Origin: an uncultured Pseudomonadota bacterium
Lineage (GTDB): Bacteria; Pseudomonadota; Alphaproteobacteria; JACZXZ01
Assembly: GCA_963749075.1 (NCBI GenBank)
Contig: CAVVLJ010000017.1
Coordinates: forward strand, 640,001 to 704,000
DNA: 64,000 nucleotides
Direction: 5' to 3'
Part shown: piece by piece, positions 50,636-62,916 of the stretch
Numbering within the stretch: the stretch's first letter is position 1
Layout of the letters: the number at the start of each line of letters is the position of its first letter
Notes under the pieces: generated by a model
Databases searched by the model: none
What the model was told of the DNA's origin: nothing
Seen by the model: only the letters and a program-made list of their open reading frames with translations
Position numbers and translations under genes: made by a program

Positions 50636-51840
50636 TAATTTTACTGTGCTCGACCCACCACGCACTCGTGGACAGCGACACACGCAATTATACGGTAGAG
50701 CGCATCACTGCAATGAAGCTTAAACATGAACAGATTCAGGTACAATATTTCAATATCAGTAACGAATTAGCATCAAGGATTGTTGCGCTCTCCGCTGGAA
50801 CAGCGATAGGCACTATTATAGGAAGCACGATTCACCAACTAATAGAAGCAGCCCGCCTTTTTGTAGACGACACATCGAAGAAAAATACCATAGAACAATT
50901 CCAAAACGAGATGTTCAAACGACTAGAAAAAATTCGACCTGGTGGAATCTTGGTAGGTGTAAAGGGGAATGACATGACAGCATTAGGCTTATTTATCAGC
51001 AAGCTATTTATAGCGGCTGATTGGAAGGTCAGGCAAGGCAACGGTTCGGGTGTTCCGGCGGAACAAGGCATATGTTTTATGTTTGCATTAGAAGATAGCG
51101 ATTGGTTTTCTGAGGAGCCCTCGACCACTCTCGGCATCTTGGTTTCAAAATTTGGGTTCAAAGCGATAGGAAATGCTAGGACCATGGGCCCTATAAACGA
51201 TCCGCCAAGGATAGTAATTCCAGAACGAAGAGTAATTCCCCCTAAAGCGTTTCGGGACAGAGCCGGGGCGTTTATTTTGTTGCTCCAAATGACGGGCTCG
51301 ATCCGAGCTGACAATCATATCGGTGGTATTGCCGGGTTCTCGATCAGCGCCTTATCGAGCAATGATGTCGCCTTCGGGTCTTGGCTGTGCGAAAACCATT
51401 CAGCAGGTCATCCCGGCGCAAGATTGATTCGAAGAGAATGCCGCTCACGCTTGAAAGATTCGTCAAGGCTGCCGGTTCGCTTCCTTTGTTGCGCGTTGAC
51501 GACTGCCTCGAGCGTTTTCGCACAGCCTAGGTTATGGGCGGCCGTCGGGCGGCGCGCGCCGAGCGTCCGTAGCAACTTCAGCACCGGATATCATGGAAAA
51601 AGGCCGTTGGCTTGCTCCTTCGTGCAGTGCTCAAGAGTTTTGAAGCATGCGATAAGTGATTGAACCACGAGAATATTGTGCTGTCATCTTCGCCTATCGA
51701 GGCCGTTCACTTGAACGCATATGAAGGGCCGCTCTACCCCGGGAAACCCGACACCGGGTCGCGGGTTGGCGAGGTCTTGCGCGCGACGGCGAAAGGCGGA
51801 AAGTTGATAAAGAACGAGATCGACCACGCGGGAGAAGCTC

Positions 51841-52680
51841 ATGCGCCGGTTCCTGCTCACGTCCCTCATCGTCCTCGCCGCTCTGCCGGCGCTTGCGGCC
51901 GAGAGATGGCAGACCTTGCCGCCGACGCCGGCGCCGATCGCCACCGACCGTAGCGGCCAGGCGCAGGTGAACGGCATCAGCATCCATTATGCGATCTACG
52001 GCCGGGGCCCGCCGGTGATCTTCCTGCACGGCGGCCTGGCGAATACCGACTATTGGGGCAACCAGGTGCCGGCCGTGGCGGCGCATCATACCGTCATTCT
52101 GATGGACAGCCGCGGCCATGGCCGCAGCACCCGAGACGCGCGGCCCTACGGCTACGATCTGATGGCCGACGACGTTGTGGCGTTGATGGATAGCCTCAAA
52201 ATCGCCAAGGCAGACATCGTGGGCTGGAGCGACGGCGGCATTATCGGCATCGATCTCGCCATGCGCCACGAGGACAGGGTCGGCAAGGTCTTCGCCTTCG
52301 CGGCCAATACGGTGCCGTCGGGCGTCAAGGAGGGCGTCGAGAAGAATCCGACCTTCGCCGCCTACATCGAGCGCGCCGGCCACGAATACGAGACCCATTC
52401 GGCGACGCCCAAGGAATACGACGCCTTCGTCGATCACATCAGCAAGATGTGGGCCGAGCAGCCGAATTGGAGCGATGCGCAGCTCAAGGCGATCGACACT
52501 CCGATCCTCGTCGTCGACGGCGACCATGACGAGGCGATCAAGCGCGAGCACACCGAATATATCGCGGCGACGATCCCGCACGCCGGGCTGTTGATCCTAC
52601 CCGATGCAAGCCATTTCGCCTTTCTGCAGGACCCCGGGCAGTTCAATTTCGCCATCCTGCACTTCTTGGGCGACGAGTAG
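51841..52680 (+). CDS. secreted alpha/beta hydrolase
   Basis: Signal peptide, FLHGG, DSRGHGRS, GWSDGG, GDHDE, SHF. Confidence 0.9.
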   Translation: MRRFLLTSLIVLAALPALAAERWQTLPPTPAPIATDRSGQAQVNGISIHYAIYGRGPPVIFLHGGLANTDYWGNQVPAVAAHHTVILMDSRGHGRSTRDARPYGYDLMADDVVALMDSLKIAKADIVGWSDGGIIGIDLAMRHEDRVGKVFAFAANTVPSGVKEGVEKNPTFAAYIERAGHEYETHSATPKEYDAFVDHISKMWAEQPNWSDAQLKAIDTPILVVDGDHDEAIKREHTEYIAATIPHAGLLILPDASHFAFLQDPGQFNFAILHFLGDE

Positions 52681-52689
52681 GGAGCGGCC

Positions 52690-54323
<1,634 letters not shown>

Positions 54324-54324
<1 letters not shown>

Positions 54325-55172
54325 CACCTGTTCCTCAGCCGCGGGTTGAGCGCGTCGTTCAGGCCCTCGCCCACCAGGTTGATCGCCAGGACCGTGAGCA
54401 GGATGGCGATCCCGGGAAAGGTGCAGATCCACCAGGCGCTGCGCAGCACGGTGCGCCCGGCGCCGACCTGGAAGCCCCAGCTCATCACGTTGGGATCGCC
54501 GAGGCCCAGGAAGGCGAGCCCGGATTCGATGAGGATCGCGGTCGCCACCAGGAGCGAGGCGGTGACGATGAGGGGCGAGAGGCAATTGGGCAGGATCTGC
54601 GCGAACATGATGCGCATATCGCCCATGCCGAGGCTGATGCAGGACTGCACGTATTCGCGCCGGCGCATGGCCATGAACTCGCCGCGCGCCAGGCGCGCCA
54701 CGCCGGGCCAGGACACGATCGAGATGGCGATCACGGTGCTGGCGAGCGACGGGCTCATCACCGCCACCAGCACGATCGCGAAGATGAAGGAGGGAATGGT
54801 CTGGAAGATCTCGGTGAGCCGCATGAGGAGTGCATCGAGGCGGCCGCCGTAGAAGCCCGCGAGCCCGCCTAGAAGCGTGCCGAAGGCGACGGCCGCCGTG
54901 GTCGAGACGATGCCGATCATGAGCGAGGTGCGGGCGCCGTGGGCGATGCCGGCGCCCACGTCGCGCCCCAGCGTGTCGGTGCCGAAGAGGAAATCGCCGA
55001 AGGGGGGCGAGAGGGGCTTGCCCGCGAGTGCAAAGGGCGTCCCCGGATAAATGAGCGGCGCCGCGGCGGCGAGGAGGAGGATGGCCGCGAGGATGGCGAG
55101 GCCCAGGAGCCCTGCGCGGTTGCGCGCGAAGCGCCGTGCGAGCCCGCCGAAGGCTGCCGCGGCCCCGCTCAT
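54324..55172 (-). CDS. peptide ABC transporter permease (OppC/DppC-like)
   Basis: FGTDTLGRD, GARTSL, ILPNCLSP, ESGLAFLGLG, GEGLNDALNPR. Confidence 0.92.
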
Positions 55173-56143
55173 CCGAGCTCGATGCGCGGATCGAGAAAGC
55201 TGTAGACCACGTCGACCGCGAGATTGACCAGCACGACCATGCAGGCGGAGAGGAAGAAGATGCCGAAGAGCAGGTTGAGGTCGCGCGCGAAGAGCGATTC
55301 GAAGGCGAGCAGGCCCAGGCCCGGCCAGTCGAAGATGGTCTCGACGACGACCGAGCCGCCGATGAGGCCGCCCATCTGCACGCCGGCGATGGTGACGACG
55401 GGAAGGAGCGCGTTGCGCAGCACGTGGACGAAGGTGATGCGCCGCTCGCTCAAGCCCTTGGCGCGCGACGTCGTGACGTAGTCCATGCCCGCCTGCTCGA
55501 GGAGTGCCGCGCGCATGAGCCGCGTGTAGACCGCGAGATAGAAGAGCGAGAGCGTCACCGCCGGCAGCACGAGATGGCGGGCTATGTCGAGGACGCGGTC
55601 GGAGCCCTCGTAGAAGGCGCCGATCGTCTCCATGCCGCTCGTCGGCAGCCAGTCGAGACGGATGGCGAAGAGGATGATGAGCATGAGGCCGAGCCAGAAG
55701 AGCGGCGTCGCGTAGGAGACGAGGGCGAGGACCGAGATGAGGTTGTCGCGCCAGGTCCGCAAGCCCGTCGCAGCAAGCACGCCCAGGAGCGCGCCCAAGC
55801 CGACCGAGATGAGGAACGTCGTCGTCATGAGGAGGAGCGTCGGGCCGAGCCGGCCGAGGATGAGCGTTATGACCGGCATGTTGTGGCGGAACGAGGTGCC
55901 GAGGTCGAAGGAGAGGATCGCCCTGAGATAGTCGAAGAGCTGCACGTAGAGCGGGTGGTCGAGGCCGAACTTCGTGCGCAGCGCCGCCATGTACTCGGGC
56001 GTCGCCGAGCCCGCCTCGCCGGCGAGCACCGTCGCCGCGTCGCCCGGCGCCAGGTGGAGAAGGAAGAAGTTGAGCACGACGATGACGAGCACGGTCGGCA
56101 CCGCCTGGACGAGCCGCCGCAGCACGAAGAGGAGCCGCCTCAC
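55169..56143 (-). CDS. peptide ABC transporter permease (OppB/DppB-like)
   Basis: LAPGD, DLGTS, DYVTTSRAKGL, HVLRNAL, VETIFDWPGLG. Confidence 0.92.
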   Translation of the reverse strand: MRRLLFVLRRLVQAVPTVLVIVVLNFFLLHLAPGDAATVLAGEAGSATPEYMAALRTKFGLDHPLYVQLFDYLRAILSFDLGTSFRHNMPVITLILGRLGPTLLLMTTTFLISVGLGALLGVLAATGLRTWRDNLISVLALVSYATPLFWLGLMLIILFAIRLDWLPTSGMETIGAFYEGSDRVLDIARHLVLPAVTLSLFYLAVYTRLMRAALLEQAGMDYVTTSRAKGLSERRITFVHVLRNALLPVVTIAGVQMGGLIGGSVVVETIFDWPGLGLLAFESLFARDLNLLFGIFFLSACMVVLVNLAVDVVYSFLDPRIELG

Positions 56144-56186
56144 GGCGCCCGACGCCAGCCGCCATGGCGCCCGCGCGCCACGGCCC

Positions 56187-57794
56187 CTACTCCATCCACG
56201 CCCGATCGAAGGAGGCGTAGACGCCGAGCGGCGAGGTGATCACGTCGTGGAATTTCTTGTTGTAGATGTTGACGAACTGCATGTCGAAGAGCCACACGAT
56301 CGGCGAATCGTCGACCACGATCTTCTGGAACTGGTGGTAGAGCTGAGCACGCTTGGCGGGATCGGCCTCGACGGTCGCCAAGGCGAGGATACGGTCGACC
56401 TCGGGGTTGGCATAGTGGGTGTTGTTCACGAAGACCGTGCCGGGATGGACCATCGTGCTCAGGTACTGGCGGTGCACGCCCATCACCGGGTCGGCGAGGC
56501 CGTAGTAGAAGTCCGAGTCGATGTCGAAGTCGTAGGTCGTGAAGACGCGGCGGAGGAAGCTCGGCACGTCCTCGTAGCGCAGCGTCACGTCGATGCCGAT
56601 CTGGGCGAGCGCCTGCTTCACGTACTCGCCGAGGCGCTGCCAGGACTCGCCGTAGGGCAGGATGTCGTGGGTGATCTTGAAGCGCATGCCGTCGGCGCCG
56701 CGCTTGAGGCCGGCGTCGTCGAGCAGCTTGTTGGCGATTGTCAAGCGGTCGGGCACGTCGAAGTGCCGCACGTCCGTCGTATAGAGCCCGGCCTTCTCGA
56801 AACCGACGTGGAGCGGGCCCACGGCCGGCACGCCGAAGCCGTACCAGATGTTGTCGACGATGAACTTGCGGTCGATCGCGTAGGCGATGGCCTGGCGCAC
56901 CTCCTTCTTGTCGAGCGGCGGGTGCTGGCTGTTGATCTCCATCATCGCGACCGAGTTGATGAACTCGTAGCCCTGGGTCGTGACGGCGATATAGGGAAGT
57001 GCCGAGAGCCGCTTCACGTCGACGAAGGGAATGGCGTCGAAGGCGGCGAAATGCACCTCCTGGTTCTCCATGGCGGCGGTGCGCGTCGAGGCGTCGGGCA
57101 CGAAGCGGGCGACGATGCGGTCGAGGTAGGGCAGGCCCTTCTTCCAATAGTCGGGGTTCTTGTCGAGGCGGATGTACTGGCCCTTCTTCCACTCGACGAA
57201 CTTGAACGGTCCGGTGCCGACGGGCGCGTCGGCGGTCGGGTTGCTGCGCGGGTCGGTGTTCTCGAAGAGATGCTTGGCCACGATCGGCAATTCGTAGCCG
57301 GAGAGCGCCTTCATGATATAGGGCGCGGGCTCGCTCAGCTTGAAGACGGCCGTATAGGGGTCGGGCGTCTCAACCGCCTGGAGCGCCTTGAAGGTGACGG
57401 CCGCGCGCGGATGCACCTTCTTCAGCACCTCCATGATCGAGTACTGCACGTCGGCGCTGGTGAAGGGCGTGCCGTCGTGGAACTTGACCCCGTGGCGCAG
57501 CTTGAAGGTGATGGTCTTGCCGTCGGCGGCGACCGCCCAGGATTCGGCGAGGCTCGGCTGCGCCTCGAGCGCCAGATTGTACTCGAGCAGCCCGTCGTAG
57601 ATCTTGGCGGTCACCTGCGCGATCGGCCCGGCGGTCGAGAGATAGGAGGCGAGCGTCGGCGGCTCGGGCTGCACCATCATGATGAGCGTGCCGCCCGACT
57701 TCTGCGCCTCGGCCGAGGGCACCGCCAGCATGAGCGCGGCGAACGCCGCCGCGATTGCCGCAAGGCGCCTCGCGGCGCCCGATCGTCCTCTCAT
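56187..57794 (-). CDS. family 5 ABC substrate-binding protein
   Basis: LAESW, FKLRHGVKFHDGTPFTSADV, PVGTGPFK, VRQAIAYAIDR. Confidence 0.92.
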   Translation of the reverse strand: MRGRSGAARRLAAIAAAFAALMLAVPSAEAQKSGGTLIMMVQPEPPTLASYLSTAGPIAQVTAKIYDGLLEYNLALEAQPSLAESWAVAADGKTITFKLRHGVKFHDGTPFTSADVQYSIMEVLKKVHPRAAVTFKALQAVETPDPYTAVFKLSEPAPYIMKALSGYELPIVAKHLFENTDPRSNPTADAPVGTGPFKFVEWKKGQYIRLDKNPDYWKKGLPYLDRIVARFVPDASTRTAAMENQEVHFAAFDAIPFVDVKRLSALPYIAVTTQGYEFINSVAMMEINSQHPPLDKKEVRQAIAYAIDRKFIVDNIWYGFGVPAVGPLHVGFEKAGLYTTDVRHFDVPDRLTIANKLLDDAGLKRGADGMRFKITHDILPYGESWQRLGEYVKQALAQIGIDVTLRYEDVPSFLRRVFTTYDFDIDSDFYYGLADPVMGVHRQYLSTMVHPGTVFVNNTHYANPEVDRILALATVEADPAKRAQLYHQFQKIVVDDSPIVWLFDMQFVNIYNKKFHDVITSPLGVYASFDRAWME

Positions 57795-57930
57795 GACCCG
57801 TCCCCCGTTTGTTGCGCGAGCATCCCTGCCGCCGGTCCGAGAGGCCGGCCGTTTCGCTTACGATGCAACAGAACTTTGTCGCAGTGCAACATAATTGCGA
57901 GGAGTGGGCCCGCTGCGACGCCGGCGCGCG

Positions 57931-59481
57931 CTAGCCCGCCTTCCAGAAGGGCTTGAGCTCGGCGAAGCCGTGCCACAAGGCCTGCAGGCGCCTGCGGTCG
58001 CTCTTCACCGCGGCAAGGCACCAGCCCTCGAGGCGGCCGATCGCACGCACCGCCTCAGGGCCGGCGTCGGCCTCGAGCTGGGGAATGAGGTCGTGCGCCA
58101 CGAGCGCGTCGTTCGCGGCACCCAGCACGTCCTGCAGCTCCTTGAGCGAGGCGACGTAGCGTTTGGCCGTCTTGTCCGTGTAGAGGTTGCGGAAGAACTC
58201 GACGGCATAGCGCAGCTTCTTGACCCGGATGCGGAAGCGGTGGAGGTGCTGCTCGTCGAGCTTGCGCAGCTTGGCGCCGAGCTTGTGCACCTTGGCGTGG
58301 CGCGCGCGCAGGACCTCCGCGGAGAAGCCGAGGATGGGCCGCCGGTCGAGGAGCTCCGCCGAGGCCCGCCCGGCCTCGCCGCCCGCGGCGCGCACCAGGC
58401 CGCGGTCGACCCAGGCCTCGAGCTGGAGGAGGAGGTCGGTGTAGCGCCGGTCGCCGAGTGCCGCGCGGGCGCGCACGTAGGCCGCGGCGCGCGCGGTCTC
58501 CGCGGCCTCGCTCACGGGCCTGAGGCTGTCGCCGTCGTCCAGCCGTTTGCCGAGCGCCTTGAGCGTGCCGTCGATGAAGACGTCCCATTCGCGCGCCGGG
58601 CCGAGCTCCTGCTGAAGCCAGCGCAGCTGGCCGGCAAGGGTCTTGCGCTCGCGCTCGGGAAGTGCCGCGCCGAAGACCGAGAGGGCCGCGCGCAGACGCC
58701 GCAAGCCGACGCGCAGCTGATGCACCCCCTCGGGATCCTTGCCGTGGTGCGCGCAGTCGACATTGCCGACGATATGGACGAGGCAGGCGCGCGCCGTCGC
58801 GGCAAAGGCCTGGCGCACGCTCATGGTGCCGTCGAGCGCCACCTGCACGGCCTTGCGCGGCGCCGGCTCGGCGCCGCTCGCGAGGCAATAGCCGCGCTCG
58901 GCCTTGCTCACGGGCTCGATGCGCAGCGGCACCGCGGCATTGAGCTGGCGGGCGAGCTGGAAGAGACGCTGGGGTGCCCCCGACTTGAGCTCGAGCTCGA
59001 CCTCGCACACGGGGGTGCTCTTGCCGTTCGCCTTGATCTCGCCCACATCGAGCGCGCACTCGATCTTGCTCGTGCCCATGCGCAGCGGCCAGACCTGGCG
59101 CCGCACGTCGGTCACGAAAACGGGGCCGAGCTCGCCGCGCTCGCTAAGGGGCGAGATGAGCCGGCGCAGCTCGGGGTCCTCGAGCGCCGAGAGGTCGGGC
59201 CGATCGCCCTCGATGCTGCGCTCCCACTCCCGGCGCGCGAGCGGGCTCTTGCCCGCCTCCGCCTCGCGCTTGATCGACTGGATGCGCTCGTGCCCGATCT
59301 GGCGCACCCTCAGCGCCACCGCCTTGTGGCGGAGCTCGAAACGCGGCGTGTCGTAATAGGTGCTGACGAGATGGCTCGTCGAACCCCGCCGCTCCTTGAG
59401 CGCGCGGAGAATCGGATGCCGGCGGAAGCGCTCGACATCCTCCGGTGCCACCGCGAGCTTGAGTTCGAATTCCTCGCCCAT
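57931..59481 (-). CDS. CYTH (triphosphate tunnel) + CHAD domain protein (YgiF-like)
   Basis: EFELKL, TYYDTP, LRVR, CEVELELK, SKAERGY; CHAD motifs VHQLRVGLRRLR, HRFRIRVKKLRY, LQDVLG..ND. Confidence 0.92.
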   Translation of the reverse strand: MGEEFELKLAVAPEDVERFRRHPILRALKERRGSTSHLVSTYYDTPRFELRHKAVALRVRQIGHERIQSIKREAEAGKSPLARREWERSIEGDRPDLSALEDPELRRLISPLSERGELGPVFVTDVRRQVWPLRMGTSKIECALDVGEIKANGKSTPVCEVELELKSGAPQRLFQLARQLNAAVPLRIEPVSKAERGYCLASGAEPAPRKAVQVALDGTMSVRQAFAATARACLVHIVGNVDCAHHGKDPEGVHQLRVGLRRLRAALSVFGAALPERERKTLAGQLRWLQQELGPAREWDVFIDGTLKALGKRLDDGDSLRPVSEAAETARAAAYVRARAALGDRRYTDLLLQLEAWVDRGLVRAAGGEAGRASAELLDRRPILGFSAEVLRARHAKVHKLGAKLRKLDEQHLHRFRIRVKKLRYAVEFFRNLYTDKTAKRYVASLKELQDVLGAANDALVAHDLIPQLEADAGPEAVRAIGRLEGWCLAAVKSDRRRLQALWHGFAELKPFWKAG

Positions 59482-59657
59482 TCCGGCTCCGGCGCGGTTT
59501 CCCCCTCCGCGCTCATCATTTCCCCGATAAGACCGTCCAACCCATGCCCGCCCGGCCCGCCGACTCTACCCGAGGAGGCCCTGGCCGCACAATCGCCTCA
59601 TGGTTGCAGCCCATTGAGGTCCTCTCCAAAAAGGAGCAACGGTGCCGAATCAAGGCC

Positions 59658-60437
59658 TTAGAGGGTCCCCGGGAAGGCGCCGCCGTCGAGGAGGAAGTTC
59701 TGGCCGGTGATGAAGCTGGCCTGGGCGCTGCACAGGTAGGCGCAGGCGTCGCCGAATTCGGCCGGAATGCCGATGCGCCCCGAGGGGTTGGCCGCCTTGA
59801 CGCCGGTCAAGTGATCCTCGAAGGATTTGCCCAGCTTTTCCGCCTGGAAGCGGATGTTCTCGCGCAGCCGGTCGGTTTCGAAATGGCCGGGCAGCAGATT
59901 ATTGATGGTGACGTTCGCCTTGACCGTGGTGCGCGAGAGGCCGGCGATGAAGCCGGTCAGTCCCGCGCGCGCGCCGTTGGAGAGGCCGAGGTTCCAGATC
60001 GGCGACTTCACGGCGGCTGAGGTGATGTTGACGATGCGGCCGAAGCGCCGCGCCATCATGCCGTCGACGATCGCTTTGATGAGGAGGATCGGCGTCACCA
60101 TGTTGTTGTTGAGCGCCTTGAACCACGCCTCCTCGCCCCACTCGCGGAAGTCGCCGGGGGGCGGGCCGCCCGCGTTGTTGACGAGGATGTCGGGCTCCGG
60201 GCAGGCCGCCAACGCGGCGCGCCGGCCCTCCTCGCTGGTGATGTCGCAGGCGACCGCAGTCACTTTGCCGCCGGTCGCCTTGCGGATTTCCGCGGCGGCC
60301 GCTTCCAGCACGCCCTCGGTGCGCGCGGCGATGGTGACCGCAACACCCTCGCGCGCAAGCGAGAAGGCGCAGGCCTTGCCAAGGCCCTTGCTCGCGGCGC
60401 AGACGAGCGCCCTCTTGCCGGCAATTCCGAGATCCAT
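59658..60437 (-). CDS. SDR family oxidoreductase
   Basis: ALVCAASKGLG, DILVNNAGG, GRIVNITS, ITGQNFLLDGG. Confidence 0.9.
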   Translation of the reverse strand: MDLGIAGKRALVCAASKGLGKACAFSLAREGVAVTIAARTEGVLEAAAAEIRKATGGKVTAVACDITSEEGRRAALAACPEPDILVNNAGGPPPGDFREWGEEAWFKALNNNMVTPILLIKAIVDGMMARRFGRIVNITSAAVKSPIWNLGLSNGARAGLTGFIAGLSRTTVKANVTINNLLPGHFETDRLRENIRFQAEKLGKSFEDHLTGVKAANPSGRIGIPAEFGDACAYLCSAQASFITGQNFLLDGGAFPGTL

Positions 60438-60468
60438 GGTCTCCTCCTGTGAAAATCTAGCCTGCGTG

Positions 60469-61152
60469 TCAACCAGGCGATCGCTCGAGGCGCTCCAGCA
60501 CCGCGCGCGCGAGCGGAACGGTGACGGGCCGCCCTGCCGCAAGCGCCGCCCCGTCGAGGGCCGCCACCAGGCGCGCGGCCGCCGCGAACGAGCGCTCCAT
60601 GCGGCTTACGAGATAGGCGATGAGCTCGGCGCCGACGCGGAGCTGACGGTCGGCGAAGAGCTTGACGAGGACGGCCGAGAGCAGCGCGTCGTCGGGCGGC
60701 GCCACGGCGACCGCCGGAGCCGCCAAGAGGCGCGAGGCGAGATCGGCGAGGCGGAGGTGCCAGCGCGCCGGCGGCTCGCGCGCGGTCAGCAGCAAGTGCC
60801 CGCGGCGCTCGGCCAGCATGTTGTAGAGATGGAGGAGAGCCTCCTCCTCGACGCCGCGGTCCGCGTCCTCGACGATGGCGGCGCGGGCGGCGCCGAGGCG
60901 CTCGCCGAGAGCGGCCACCGCGAGGCCTTGCGGCGGGAGCTCGAGGGCGTCCGCATGGCGGCGCCAAACTTGAGCAAGATGGCTCTTGCCGCAGCCGGCG
61001 GGGCCGTGGACGGTCAGCGCCGGCGCCGGCCAGTCGGGCCAGCGGTCGAGCCACAGCACGGCCTCGGCATTCGAGGGGGCCACGAGGAAGTCCTCGCGCC
61101 CGTAGGCGGGACGATGGCCGAGGTCGAGGGCGAGCTGTGCCACGGCGGTCAC
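60469..61152 (-). CDS. hdaA: DnaA regulatory inactivator HdaA
   Basis: QLALDL clamp-binding motif, FLVAPSN, GPAGCGKSHL, DLASRL, KLFADRQ, RMERS. Confidence 0.88.
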   Translation of the reverse strand: MTAVAQLALDLGHRPAYGREDFLVAPSNAEAVLWLDRWPDWPAPALTVHGPAGCGKSHLAQVWRRHADALELPPQGLAVAALGERLGAARAAIVEDADRGVEEEALLHLYNMLAERRGHLLLTAREPPARWHLRLADLASRLLAAPAVAVAPPDDALLSAVLVKLFADRQLRVGAELIAYLVSRMERSFAAAARLVAALDGAALAAGRPVTVPLARAVLERLERSPG

Positions 61153-62247
61153 GCAGCACCCGGACCGCCGTCCGGGTGCGTGCCGCCGCCCTTGTAGACC
61201 GGGCTCTCGAGGTAGCGCTTGAGGGCGAAGCGGGCGAGGACGCCGATGGCCGCCGCCGCCGGGATCGCCAGCAGCACGCCCACGAAGCCGAGAAGGGCGC
61301 CGCCCGCGAGGAGCGCAAAGATGATCCACACCGGGTGCAGCCCGACGCGGTCGCCGATGAGCTTGGGCGAGAGGAAGTTCGCCTCGATCAGGTGGCCGAG
61401 AAGGAAGACGGCGGCGGTGGCCGCGACCCAGCGCCAGTCGGAGAATTGCAGCAGGGCAAGGCCGATGCTCACCACGAAGCCGCCGATCGTGCCGACGAAA
61501 GGGACGACGGAGAGGATACCGGCGGCAATCCCGACGACGAGGCCGAAGTCGAGGCCGACGATCGACAGTCCGATCGCGTAGAAGCTGCCGAGGAAGAGGC
61601 AGACGATCGCCTGGCCGCGGGCGAAACCGGCGAGCGAGTCGTCGATCTCGCGCACGACCGAGCGGATCGCCTCGGCATGCTCGCGGGGCAGCCAGCCGTC
61701 GACGCGCCTGACCAGCTTCTCCCAGTCGCGCAGCAGGTAGAAGGTGACCACCGGCGTGATGACGATCAGCGAGATGAGATTGACGAGCGCCAGCCCGCCG
61801 CTCCACACGCTGGAGAGGAGCGAGCCGAGCCAGCTCACCAGCCGCGAGGAGAACTCGCCGAAGGCGGCGCGCAGGCGCTGGGCGTCCTCCGGATCGATGC
61901 GCATCTCGACGCGCTGGACCCAAAGGGTGGCGCTGTCGCGCAGGACGTTCGAGATAGTGCGGCAGCCGCGCCGCGAGGTTGGCGATCTGCGCCTGGACGG
62001 CGGGCACCAGGAGAAAGAGGGCGAGCGCCACGAGGAGCGCGAAGGCGGCGGTGATGATGGCGGTCGCGAGCGTGCGCGAGGCGCCCCAGCGCTCGAGCCG
62101 GTCGACCACCGGATCGAGCATGTAGGCGACCGCCATGCCGGCCACGAAGGGCAGCAGCACGCCCCGCAGCAGGTAGAGCGCCAAGGCGGCGGCGACGAAG
62201 CCGGTCAGCCAGAAGCGCAGCTCGCGCACGGGGCTTTGCAGCGCCAT
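61149..62247 (-). CDS. AI-2E family transporter (PerM-like), apparent +1 frameshift near 61949
   Basis: N-part LLPFVAGMAVAYMLDP in one frame, C-part ITPVVTFYLLRDW...GLHPVWIIFAL in another; removing one A gives YLDVLRDS. Confidence 0.85.
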
Positions 62248-62891
62248 CAGGCGCCCTCGATGTCGGCGGCGCGGCGCGCCCACGACACCACGTAGGCGGC
62301 ACCCGAGAGTGCGGTCGTCGCGGCGACGAGATAGATGAGCGCCGCCACGAGCCGGACGTGATTGATGCCGAGCCCGAGCTCGGCCAGCACGTAGGCCGGC
62401 AGCACGAATTGCGCGACGGTGTTGAGCTTGCTGATCATGAGCGGCCGCATCTTGAGCTTGCCGGTCAGCGTATGGACGAGGAGTGCTCCGCCGACGATCA
62501 GGAGGTCGCGGAAAACGACGAGGATGACGAGCCAGTTCGGCAGCTGATGCAGGTAGCCCAAGACGACGAAGACGCCGACGAGGAGCGCCTTGTCGGCCAG
62601 CGGGTCGAGGTAGCCGCCGACGAACGTCCGCGCGTGGAAGCGCCTGGCGACGAAGCCGTCGAGCGCGTCCGACAGGCCCGCCACCACGAAGATCCAGAAG
62701 GCCCACACCCAGGCCTCGTTGAGGATGACGTAGACGGCGAGCGGCGAGGCGAAGAGGCGTGCGAGCGTGATCAGATTGGGCAGATTGACGACCGCGCGAC
62801 CGCGCGGCGTCGCTTTCGCGGGCGGCTCGCTGGGCTCCGCTCGGGCGGCGGCACCGCGCTCTCGCCGAAGCAGCTCGTGCGTATCGTCCAT
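62247..62891 (-). CDS. CDP-alcohol phosphatidyltransferase (PgsA-like)
   Basis: NLPNLITLAR, SDALDGFVAR, GGYLDPLADK. Confidence 0.92.
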   Translation of the reverse strand: MDDTHELLRRERGAAARAEPSEPPAKATPRGRAVVNLPNLITLARLFASPLAVYVILNEAWVWAFWIFVVAGLSDALDGFVARRFHARTFVGGYLDPLADKALLVGVFVVLGYLHQLPNWLVILVVFRDLLIVGGALLVHTLTGKLKMRPLMISKLNTVAQFVLPAYVLAELGLGINHVRLVAALIYLVAATTALSGAAYVVSWARRAADIEGA

Positions 62892-62916
62892 GCCTCGTTG
62901 CGGGCACGCGACTGGC

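Larger units (their letters stand above)
49611..51663 (+). pseudogene. HNH endonuclease gene (about 408 aa) interrupted by IS5-family insertion
   Basis: Removing the IS and one TA gives ...SGNECAFPEC...IGEVCHI...GGPRFD...FENL|ILLCSTHHALVD... in frame. Confidence 0.85.

Noticed and set aside
51660-51953. 97-aa ORF upstream of the hydrolase
   Set aside because: TTG start, overlaps the hydrolase out of frame, no motifs.
60469-62907. 812-aa apparent AI-2E/HdaA fusion
   Set aside because: Artefact of the +1 frameshift in the AI-2E gene plus an open off-frame; hdaA has its own GTG start at 61152.
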